This document shows, piece after piece, positions 54,463 through 62,484 of a DNA stretch of 64,000 nt. Numbering within the stretch: position 1 is the first letter of the stretch; each line of letters begins with the position of its first letter. The stretch is from a virus (lineage: Duplodnaviria; Caudoviricetes), in IMG/VR virus record IMGVR_UViG_2920580016_000002, positions 26,285-90,284 of that record; one strand, 5' to 3'. Below the pieces are notes generated by a model that searched no databases, was not told the origin of the DNA, and was given only the letters and a program-made list of their open reading frames with translations. The position numbers and the translations under genes were made by a program.

Positions 54463-56155
54463 TTAGAATTTGTTTTCCGGATTCTGGCGTTCAGGCGTCT
54501 TAGCGCCGTATGCCTGTGTCACGAGTTCGGTCATCAATGCTTCTTCGGCACCTGCCATGACTGCCGGTTGCCCGATAGCCGTGGGAGGCGTGTTGCCCGC
54601 AGTATCCGAATTCGTGGTCCCAGTGAGCGGGGCCGGGGCACCGTCACCCGTAGGTGACATCCCCGTCATTTGGAGAATAGCAGAAGCGATTTGCGCAGTA
54701 ATAAGGTCCAGGGCTCCCTGTTCCTTAGCGTCGCGCACCTGCTCTTCAAACAGCTCTTGCAACTTCTCGTCGGCGAATTCCTCGCCCATATCCTTGAGAG
54801 CGCCGCGCTTGGACTCCAAGCCAAGGCCCATACGGAGCTGGATTTCGTTGAGCTTGATGAGGTTGTCCACCGGCAGCGGCGGAGGCCACTCACAAGCCGT
54901 CTGGTAAACGAGCGGGTCGCGAGGGTCAATGACCAACGGCTGACCGTCCTGGATGATGCCGTCGGTGTCCGGGTCGTACTTCAGAGTTTCAGGCTCGAAG
55001 AGAAACAATGTCCTCAAGATCAGCTCGTTGATACGCCGAAGACCCTGCGTGTACTGCCGCTTTTTTGCGTTGTATCTCTGCATCATCGGGAACATTTGCA
55101 GAGCGAGGGCAACGCCGGAGGTATTGGAGATCGGCTGGGCCTGACCCAAGGAACTCTCTGGGACGCCCATCATCTCATGCATGGCGCGCTTTAGCGTCTC
55201 CATCCATTGGAGAGGCCATTGCAGATCTACGCCGTTTTCGAGGTTGAAGACCTTGGCGTCCGGCGGCAAGCCACCCCAGATCTTCCGCGCGCCCTTCTCC
55301 AGGTTGTTCACGCGAGCGCCAGTGATCACCGTGACAGGTGCCGAGTGGTAATTGATGATGTCACAGATGGCTACGGCAAGCTCGTTGTACTGCTGGTTCA
55401 GGGGGATGATGTCCTCGATGTCCGACAGCCCCCACGGCGATCCCGAGACGGAAACATTGGGGATGTGGACGATCGGGATGACACCCAGAGGGTTCTTCCG
55501 CCGGTTGATGAGCTGGTCATCCACCCACTCTTCTATAAGGTCCTCGGTGATGATCTCCTGGTAGGTGAAGACCTTCCTGGTCCCATCATTCGTGGTGGCC
55601 CAGAATTTGTAGCGAAGGCGGAAGCGCACGAGCCTCTCGCGGTCGTGCGGATGCCATTCTGGGAAGCAATGCGCCGCGTTGAGCGGAAGCACACGCACAC
55701 GACCCGCGTGCCAATTCCGGGCACGATCGACGTACGGCTTCTCGTACGCGATCTTCACGAAGCAGTCACCGCTTACCGAGCCGTTCTCGCCCATCTCGGC
55801 CAGCACGGTCGGCTTGTCGTTGTCCACCTCCCACACGCGGTTCAAAAGCGCGGGAATGATGTGTTCGTACTGCTTGGCAGACGTGAAGTGGACGCCACGG
55901 GAGAACGTGAAGTCGTTTACGAATCGGGTAAGCGCCCGAACGTAATTGAAGGTAAGCTGCGGCTCACCATATTCTCGACGGCTAGCCCAATGCCAGCCGA
56001 GATAGAAGGCCCAGTTCCGCGCATAAGTAGCGGTTGAGACGCGGACCGCTCACCTCCCATTCCTGGTCCGACAGTTCGACAAGACCAAGCGGGGAGATTG
56101 ACACGGTCAGCCCGCTAGCCTGCTGGCTCGGACTGTAAAAATTGAAGCCGCTCAA
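54463..56155 (-). pseudogene. Portal protein (SPP1-like), split by a 4-nt shift at 56024-56029; recoded gene or pseudogene
   Basis: Frame 1: TTG 56155 to TAG 55982 (57 aa); portal body is in the +1 frame from TAT 56025, with no start codon until TTG 55845. Confidence 0.85.
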
Positions 56156-56158
56156 CCT

Positions 56159-56238
56159 GGCATCACCTCCTCACGCAAATAGCCCGAATTGCTCACACAA
56201 TTCAGGCTATTTGAGTTGATGTGAAGAGTTGTAATGCC
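56159..56238 (-). promoter_or_regulatory. 80-nt hairpin sequestering portal SD GAGGAGGTGA
   Basis: GGCATTAC/GTGATGCC, CTCTTCAC/GTGAGGAG, AAATAGCCTGAATTG/CAATTCGGGCTATTT; G-U pairs work only on the coding strand. Confidence 0.8.
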
Positions 56239-56780
56239 TAACCGAGCGCGACCAGCGGAACGCGATGGTCGAGCTTCATTCCCGCGAAATCGAGGTAGGG
56301 CGGAAGCGCCACCTTAGTGCCAAGGACGGACGAATACACATCGCCCGACCCGTACCGTTCGTCCCAGACGTAAGGCTGTACGGCAGGGATCTGCACTGCC
56401 ATGGGGTCCGTGAACTCCACCATCAGCCAGGCCGTCCACTCACTGGAGCGTGCGGGGAGAGTACGGGGGAAGTCCATGTAGGTCCAGCCAGCTCCCTCCG
56501 TGTTGAGCGTGACCCCGTAGGAGACCCCGAGTGGAAGGAGCTGTGCATCCCCCGCCTCATTCTCCGGCGTGCCGTAGACGGCAGCTCGAACGCGGCCCTT
56601 GACATTGGTCTTGCGTACCAAGGCGATTGCCGCCCCACGAACGTCCTGACCAGCGGGCACCTGCATGCGAATGGCCCAGGTGCTAAGGAACTCGGGGTCC
56701 ATGACGGCGGCGTTGGTGGCCCAGGACGGCGCGCTCTGCACCGGATACCTGTAGCCGACTCCGACTGGAGTATCAGGCAA
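56238..56780 (-). CDS. Hypothetical protein (possible virion beta-sandwich)
   Basis: SD GAGG before TTG 56780. Confidence 0.7.
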   Translation of the reverse strand: MPDTPVGVGYRYPVQSAPSWATNAAVMDPEFLSTWAIRMQVPAGQDVRGAAIALVRKTNVKGRVRAAVYGTPENEAGDAQLLPLGVSYGVTLNTEGAGWTYMDFPRTLPARSSEWTAWLMVEFTDPMAVQIPAVQPYVWDERYGSGDVYSSVLGTKVALPPYLDFAGMKLDHRVPLVALG

Positions 56781-56809
56781 AGGGACCTCTCTTCTTGAGT
56801 AGGGGGTGA

Positions 56810-57019
56810 TCAGGCGGAGCGGGCGATGGCCGCGTTGCCCCACATCATCGTCTCTTCGAGATGAGTGATCGCCAGAGCCTTCTCCCGGCTTTCCGGGAGA
56901 AGCTCGTTCAGCGACCCGGCCAGATTCCGGCAGAGGCGGCGGATGGTCTCGTGGGCCACCACCGCCTTCTCATCCGGCTTGTGGTAGTTGAAGCGGTTGT
57001 CGAGATCGCCGGGCGTCAT
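56810..57019 (-). CDS. Acb2/Tad1-like hairpin-domain protein (candidate immune-signal sponge)
   Basis: RFNYHKP...L...L.ELLPESREKALAITHLEETMMWGNAAIAR. Confidence 0.8.
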   Translation of the reverse strand: MTPGDLDNRFNYHKPDEKAVVAHETIRRLCRNLAGSLNELLPESREKALAITHLEETMMWGNAAIARSA

Positions 57020-57021
57020 GA

Positions 57022-57432
57022 TCAGTCGTTGACCTGAGCCGGGTTGGTCCGCATGTAGTGGCCACCCGAGCGAGTGACCTGCTCGAACTCGCGCTCGCCG
57101 TGGTTGCCCAGGCCGCCATGCGCGAACTCGCCCAGGTAGGTCGGAGCCTCCACCCACGCGGCGCTGCCGACGTGCGCCCGCTGCTGGAGCGTCTTCTCCG
57201 GCGGCTGGACCCAGGTCGGGGTGACACGGTTCGGGCGGCCGGGAGCCGTCACGTACCCGTTGTTGACGCCGAGCTGGAAATCCGACGGGACATCGGTGTC
57301 GCTGGCGATCCCCTCCTCGAAACGAAGAGGACCACGCCGCGCCTGGTTGGCGGCCATCTTGCGCTCATAAACCGGCGTGATCCGCTCGGGGATGTGCGGG
57401 GCCGGAGAGAGCGGCGAAACGTTCTCTGCCAT
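57022..57432 (-). CDS. Hypothetical protein, likely virion-associated
   Basis: SD AAGGAG; RGPLRFEEG.A.DTDVP, RAHVGSAAWVEAP. Confidence 0.8.
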   Translation of the reverse strand: MAENVSPLSPAPHIPERITPVYERKMAANQARRGPLRFEEGIASDTDVPSDFQLGVNNGYVTAPGRPNRVTPTWVQPPEKTLQQRAHVGSAAWVEAPTYLGEFAHGGLGNHGEREFEQVTRSGGHYMRTNPAQVND

Positions 57433-57434
57433 TG

Positions 57435-57501
57435 ATGAAACTCCTTGAAAGCCGTAGCGCTACATTTCCAGGCTAGGATCAGAGAAGTTTCATTTGTTAA
57501 T
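57435..57501 (-). promoter_or_regulatory. ATTAACA motif plus SD-sequestering hairpin
   Basis: ATGAAACTTCT/AGGAGTTTCAT (11 bp, one G-U); motif includes terminase TAA. Confidence 0.7.
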
Positions 57502-59065
57502 AGAAGGGGTTGTTCGCCACTTCCATCACGGGCATCTGCGTCTCCTGCGTCAAAACACAGGCGAGCGCCAAACTATCGGCGTAGTCGTCGAAAGCGCCAG
57601 TTTCATTCGGAGCTTCCGCCATCATGTTCGGACCCTTGAATTCGACCTGGAGATCCTCCATCTGCTGCACGAAGCGCCGGTAAGTCCGCAGCCGCCGAGT
57701 CTTCGCATGCGCAGGCCAGCCGATCATCCGGCGTTCAAGGAGCTGGTTGAGATGCTTCCACCGCTTGCTCTGGTCACCGGCCATGGACCCCAGCTCCACG
57801 ATATTCGCGCGAGGCATCAGGACCTTCAGGCGCGAGGCCACCGCGTCACCTACGCCGCCGACGTCGATGCCGATGGCGAAGATGTTGTAGTTCGAGAGAA
57901 ATTCGGTGATGCGGTAGTACTGGCTCTCCCAGTCCATGCCTTCCAGATCGAGCCAGTTCAAGATCCGATGCTCATACATCCCGAATTCGTCGGGGCGATC
58001 CCAGTCCACCCAGACCACCGTCACAATGGTCGAGTCCTGCTTTCTGGCGGGGTCGATTCCGACGACCACGGGCGTCTGATGCCAGTACTTGACGGCCTCC
58101 ATGCTCTTGTCGCCCAGAGAGTCCAGGACTTCGCGGGTCGTGAACATTCCCTTTTCGAGAAGCCACATCAGCCTGAAGGACAGCTTGAACTCGTCGGAGT
58201 CCTCGCCGACCCGCAAGATCTCCTTCTTGACGTATTTCCCGTAGCGAGGGTTCGCCTTCGCCGCCGCTTTCCAGTCGGCCTCGAAGTGATTGCACCTTGC
58301 GCCTCGACGGCTAGCCAGTCTCTTGTTGAGCTGGATCGCCTTGTAGAACACGCCCTTCTCATAGCTCGGAGTGCCGGTGAAGACCATGGTCGCGTTGGTG
58401 CTCGCGCCCATGGGGGCGATTGACTTGTTGACCATCCGGTCATCCGCGCCTTGGCACTCGTCAATCAGGATCAGGTGGTAAGTCCGGCCTTCAATGATGG
58501 CTCGCGGGTGACAGGTCTGCCGACGCACCAGGGAACCCGAGCGAAGCGTTACTGTCCGGCCCTTTCCCTTGAGCGCGTCATTGATTTCGGGCTCGGCCAT
58601 GATTTCCACCGCGCGCTCGCTTGTGAGACGACTCACAATACGCGAGAAAAGGGTGTCCGCCTGGTCATCGACCGGCGCGAAAGCACCCACCCAGAGCCCC
58701 TCCTTGAAGTGCCCGAGAAGATCTGGGTAGATGCGCGCGAGGACCGGCAGCATAATCATCAGAGCGGCGACAACATTGGCGACAGTTTCAGATTTTCCGG
58801 ACTGCCTGGAAAATAGGGCAGTGATCGTCGCGCCATCCCCGATAATCACAGACTCGATCAGCCGCCGAGCGAAGGGACGCTGATAGTGATACAGCGGATG
58901 GCCACTCAGAGTATCGACCACGACCATCAGCTTGTCCACGAGCATGGCCACAAACTCGGCCGTCAGCTCGTCCAGCTCGACTTCCGTATCAAGACGAGCC
59001 TGCCGCTCGGTCTCGGTCTCGTCCGTCAGCTCTTCATCAAGATATTCGTCGTCTACCAGTTCCAC
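57497..59065 (-). CDS. terL: Terminase large subunit
   Basis: SRQSGKSE Walker A, LIDECQ, TGTP, GIDPAR..DST, DDYADS. Confidence 0.95.
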   Translation of the reverse strand: MELVDDEYLDEELTDETETERQARLDTEVELDELTAEFVAMLVDKLMVVVDTLSGHPLYHYQRPFARRLIESVIIGDGATITALFSRQSGKSETVANVVAALMIMLPVLARIYPDLLGHFKEGLWVGAFAPVDDQADTLFSRIVSRLTSERAVEIMAEPEINDALKGKGRTVTLRSGSLVRRQTCHPRAIIEGRTYHLILIDECQGADDRMVNKSIAPMGASTNATMVFTGTPSYEKGVFYKAIQLNKRLASRRGARCNHFEADWKAAAKANPRYGKYVKKEILRVGEDSDEFKLSFRLMWLLEKGMFTTREVLDSLGDKSMEAVKYWHQTPVVVGIDPARKQDSTIVTVVWVDWDRPDEFGMYEHRILNWLDLEGMDWESQYYRITEFLSNYNIFAIGIDVGGVGDAVASRLKVLMPRANIVELGSMAGDQSKRWKHLNQLLERRMIGWPAHAKTRRLRTYRRFVQQMEDLQVEFKGPNMMAEAPNETGAFDDYADSLALACVLTQETQMPVMEVANNPFY

Positions 59066-59070
59066 TATTC

Positions 59071-59100
59071 ATACCCTCGAAACCCCCTTTTCGAGCGTAC
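59071..59100 (-). promoter_or_regulatory. Hairpin overlapping terminase SD
   Basis: CTCGAAA/TTTCGAG extended by GTAC/GTAT. Confidence 0.5.
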
Positions 59101-59109
59101 AAATAGAAA

Positions 59110-59133
59110 AAGCCCGGATATGAATCCGGGCTT
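59110..59133 (-). terminator. Intrinsic terminator upstream of terL
   Basis: AAGCCCGGAT/ATCCGGGCTT then TTTCT. Confidence 0.8.
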
Positions 59134-59134
59134 C

Positions 59135-59413
59135 TTATGAGCCGTACGGTATCTGGCCCGGTGGTCGTCTCGGGATCCCAAGCTGGCGCAGCACGCGGGT
59201 CACCTCCGAGCGCTCCATGCCGAACATCTCCCCGAGCTTCGTTGTGGGGAGCTGGCGCACGTCATACAGATAACCAATGATCCGATTGCGCGCCTCCTGG
59301 CGGCTGATCGTGCCGCGCAGGTACTTGCAGGCCGCGCTACAGGAGACCGCCACTCGCTTGTCGGCGTAGGCGACGAAGGAGCCGCAGCCCTTGCAGTACA
59401 GGATCTCGCTCAC
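59135..59413 (-). CDS. Zn-finger plus HTH regulator
   Basis: CKGC...CSAAC; TTKLGEMFGMERSEVTRVL. Confidence 0.75.
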   Translation of the reverse strand: MSEILYCKGCGSFVAYADKRVAVSCSAACKYLRGTISRQEARNRIIGYLYDVRQLPTTKLGEMFGMERSEVTRVLRQLGIPRRPPGQIPYGS

Positions 59414-59652
59414 CGCAGATGGCGCTTCTTGATGAGCTGGAGGGCGGTGATCACGTCGTCGATCGCTTCCAGGGGGACGATCGCGCCCGCGCCGTAGGGC
59501 TCGCGGCCGGGAGCCGGGTTGGTGACGTAGTCGATGATCTCAGCCACACGCTCGCCGGTCGCAAGGATCTGGGTGTCGCAGACGTGGATGGCCCGTGAGC
59601 CGAAGGAGATCTGCGCTATGACTGAGCGCTCCACAACCGGCTCGTCCGACAC
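59410..59652 (-). CDS. Small protein, possibly PC4-like ssDNA binder
   Basis: SD GGAGG; G.G..VPLE.IDDVI.AL (family inferred). Confidence 0.6.
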   Translation of the reverse strand: MSDEPVVERSVIAQISFGSRAIHVCDTQILATGERVAEIIDYVTNPAPGREPYGAGAIVPLEAIDDVITALQLIKKRHLR

Positions 59653-59845
59653 CGCTCCTCCAATGTGTGTGTAACTGGCCCAACGCTACAACAATCGAAA
59701 TCTGTCGGAGCGCTGCGGTACCGTCGTCCTAGGTCGCTTGAGGGCGGCCTGTGGCAGCCTCCGGGCTGAGCATTGAAACGCACTGACGCCGCACGCCCTG
59801 CGCTGCGTGTGGCGCTTCCTGTCATGCCGACGAAGGAGAGGTGCG

Positions 59846-60241
59846 ATGCCCGAGACCATGCCCGCCGCCGAAATTTGGGGCCGGATGGCGGCGCTGCTGG
59901 CCAGGAACCTGCCGACAGGCTTCAACGCGGACAAGATGCTGGACCGATGGCTCCCCAATCCCGCAGCCCAGTTCGCCTACCTCAACAGGTACGTCAAGTG
60001 GGCCAGAGGTAGGAAGCGCGTCACACGGCAAGCCATAGGCAAGGACAACAGGACCGACCTCATCTGGTCGCTTCACGCGGGGTCGCCCACGACGGCCGAC
60101 GAGAAGACTTACCTAGAGCTGGCCGAGCTGCTCGACAAGGACAAAGATGCCCCGCCAGCTCGTCCGATGACGATGCTCGAAGAGGAGCAGTTCTGGCGCG
60201 GCGTCTACGCGGTCAAGTTCGAGGAGGCGGAGGGCTCTTAG
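59846..60241 (+). CDS. Hypothetical protein
   Basis: SD AAGGAG/GAGGTG before ATG 59846. Confidence 0.75.
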   Translation: MPETMPAAEIWGRMAALLARNLPTGFNADKMLDRWLPNPAAQFAYLNRYVKWARGRKRVTRQAIGKDNRTDLIWSLHAGSPTTADEKTYLELAELLDKDKDAPPARPMTMLEEEQFWRGVYAVKFEEAEGS

Positions 60242-60254
60242 CCCCAACCCGATC

Positions 60255-60320
60255 TTTACAAACAAAACCGCCATTCCACCTAATCTGGGAAAGAGTTCCC
60301 TGTACCGGAATGGCGGTTTT
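60255..60320 (+). promoter_or_regulatory. TTTACAAA motif plus 14-bp perfect hairpin burying ATG 60310
   Basis: AAAACCGCCATTCC 60264-60277 / GGAATGGCGGTTTT 60307-60320. Confidence 0.75.
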
Positions 60321-60624
60321 TGTGTTCATCGCAGCTCTCGCGGTCCTCGCAGCGGAAGACCCAGGTCTCTCGCTCGCGAATCCCATTGTGCTCGGCCCTA
60401 TCGCCGGGTTCATCTTCGCCGTTTTCGTGTACGAGGTCATCGTGCCGGGCAAGACCTTCCGGCGCGAGCAGGAGGAAAACGCCCGGCTCCGCGAGCTGGT
60501 CGAGACCGTCATTCCCCTCACGGCGAAACTGGTAGAGGTATGCGAACAGAACACCGAACTGATCACGCGGAATACCGAAGCGTTTCACGAGGTGACGGCG
60601 CTCCTGCGGACCAGGGACCAGTAA
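60310..60624 (+). CDS. Membrane protein with C-terminal coiled coil (holin-like)
   Basis: Two hydrophobic segments, VVPG.T..R motif. Confidence 0.7.
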   Translation: MAVFVFIAALAVLAAEDPGLSLANPIVLGPIAGFIFAVFVYEVIVPGKTFRREQEENARLRELVETVIPLTAKLVEVCEQNTELITRNTEAFHEVTALLRTRDQ

Positions 60625-60733
60625 CGGACGTCGATATCATCGAGACCCACAAGCGCACTATGCAAGCGCACCTGGCGACCCTCGATGAGATTCTCGGCAA
60701 CAATGCGCGGCTGCTGAGGGCTTGGAAGTTCTG

Positions 60734-60877
60734 ATGTATCGAGAGATGTGCGTCATCAAGGACGGGTACCACTACGGCCCCGAAAACTGCTACCACACGC
60801 AGGAGCGGGACGAATTCGGCGAGATCAAGCCGTGGGGCTGGACCGTACAACAAGAAATCGCGCCGGAAACGCCATAA
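60734..60877 (+). CDS. 47-aa hypothetical protein
   Basis: Read by hand; TGATG overlap with upstream ORF. Confidence 0.55.
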   Translation: MYREMCVIKDGYHYGPENCYHTQERDEFGEIKPWGWTVQQEIAPETP

Positions 60878-60915
60878 TGGGACAGGTACGTACCTTCCCT
60901 TTGAAAGGCGAATAA

Positions 60916-61143
60916 GTGGCTAAGACCATTGACGGCGACGAAGCTTCGATCGGCTGGACCGTCCAGTCCCCTTTCCCGAAGCCCGATGACGTGGATCACC
61001 GCGTCGGCAACACCTTCACCGCCGACCAGCTCCCCGACCCCGAGGCCCAGCGCGCCGCCGGTATCGACCCCGACCAGTGGAAGCGCGGCATCGTCTTCGA
61101 GGCCGTGGAGCCCGCTGAGGCGGCCGACGAGGCTGGCGAGTAG
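60916..61143 (+). CDS. Small acidic hypothetical protein
   Basis: SD AAAGG; followed by hairpin. Confidence 0.7.
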   Translation: MAKTIDGDEASIGWTVQSPFPKPDDVDHRVGNTFTADQLPDPEAQRAAGIDPDQWKRGIVFEAVEPAEAADEAGE

Positions 61144-61158
61144 CCAGACACCCCACAC

Positions 61159-61182
61159 GCCCCCAGGCGCGCTCCTGGGGGC
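61159..61182 (+). terminator. 9-bp GC hairpin
   Basis: GCCCCCAGG/CCTGGGGGC. Confidence 0.5.
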
Positions 61183-61206
61183 TATGGAGCACCGAGAGGA
61201 GTACCC

Positions 61207-61740
61207 GTGGCCGAAGAGCGCCGAGAGCCCATCCCTTCGTGGGACGACCTAGCGCGCTACGCGAAAAGCAAGGCCGACGAGTGGTCAAGGGAATTCCTCT
61301 CCCCGCCGCCCCGCGACGAGGACGGCAACGAGCTTCCCCGCATCGACCCCAGGGTTCGGACCCGATTCGGCCAGGACCAATGGGACCACATTGAATGGGC
61401 CGAAGACCAGGATGAAGACGACCTCCTGCCGTACCGGCCCACCCCCAGCTCCTTCCCGCCGCGCCCGAGAACCCAGGCGGCCGGATACAGCCGCAGGCGG
61501 AAAGAGCTGCGCGTCCAGTTCCGCGACGGCTCGCGCTACGTCTACTACCAAGTTCCTCCGAACGTGTGGAAGAACTTCAAGCGCGTCAAGTCGCCCGGCA
61601 GATTCATCAACCGCGTGCTGAACCATTACAGCTACGAGCGGGAAACCGAGCCGCTGATCGATGACCGCATCTACGATCGGTTCCGCACGAAGGGGTATCG
61701 CACGGCCAACCCCAGCACCTATCGCAGGCGCACGCGTTAA
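61207..61740 (+). CDS. KTSC-domain protein
   Basis: AGY.....EL.VQFRDGSRYVYY.VP..VW..F....SPGRFIN. Confidence 0.88.
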   Translation: MAEERREPIPSWDDLARYAKSKADEWSREFLSPPPRDEDGNELPRIDPRVRTRFGQDQWDHIEWAEDQDEDDLLPYRPTPSSFPPRPRTQAAGYSRRRKELRVQFRDGSRYVYYQVPPNVWKNFKRVKSPGRFINRVLNHYSYERETEPLIDDRIYDRFRTKGYRTANPSTYRRRTR

Positions 61741-61773
61741 CAAATCGGGCAGCAGTCTCAATAGGCTTCCGAC

Positions 61774-62109
61774 ATGCCCCAGACCTTCGACTTCGGCCCG
61801 AAACAGGAATCTGAGTTCGGCATGCAATACCGCAAGTACTTCGCCCATTGGATCCGGCTGAACCGGCTCGGTCCCGTCTTCGAGCGGCGCACCACCCTTA
61901 CCCAGGAGCCGCCCTACCTCGTCGGCCGCAGCGCCATCCTCCATCTGTGGGGCACGAAAATCGGGCTGGTCGTCGGCAAGTGGACCGGAGAACGCCTAGA
62001 CGAGGATAACGCCCTCCTCGCGGCGCTCAACTGCATCGACAAGGAAGAACTCCCGAAACTCGGCGAGAACGACACCGACTGGGAAGACGATGAGCCAGCC
62101 GGAGCATGA
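61774..62109 (+). CDS. Hypothetical protein
   Basis: ORF in plus operon. Confidence 0.7.
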   Translation: MPQTFDFGPKQESEFGMQYRKYFAHWIRLNRLGPVFERRTTLTQEPPYLVGRSAILHLWGTKIGLVVGKWTGERLDEDNALLAALNCIDKEELPKLGENDTDWEDDEPAGA

Positions 62110-62218
62110 GCCGTACTTGCGCATCATCGAAGACACGATGCGCACACTCCTCGCCGAATTCGCCGACGGCGACCCCGACATTGAGTGGCACCTGCTGAAT
62201 GAGATGGAACTGACATGA
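62090..62218 (+). CDS. 42-aa acidic protein (MSQPEHEPYLRIIEDTMR...)
   Basis: Read by hand; ATGA coupling to next gene. Confidence 0.6.
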   Translation: MSQPEHEPYLRIIEDTMRTLLAEFADGDPDIEWHLLNEMELT

Positions 62219-62469
62219 GCCTCTTCAAGCGCAAGCCCAAGACGCCGACACCCGAGCACCGCGACGAGATCCGGGAGAAGGCCGCCCAGCGCATGGCCCA
62301 GCTCACCCCAGCCGAGATCACGCACTACGCGGAGGAGTACCTGGGACTGACCTGGAAGTGCCTCGATGCCTACAAGCGCGAGGCTGACACCGCGTACCTG
62401 GTGGAGTTCCTGACGAACCTCTCCACGCTCGACGGCATCGCCGACGCCCTCGCCGTCCACCACGTGTGA
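62215..62469 (+). CDS. Hypothetical helical protein
   Basis: Coupled ORF. Confidence 0.7.
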   Translation: MSLFKRKPKTPTPEHRDEIREKAAQRMAQLTPAEITHYAEEYLGLTWKCLDAYKREADTAYLVEFLTNLSTLDGIADALAVHHV

Positions 62470-62484
62470 CCTACGCCACAAGTC

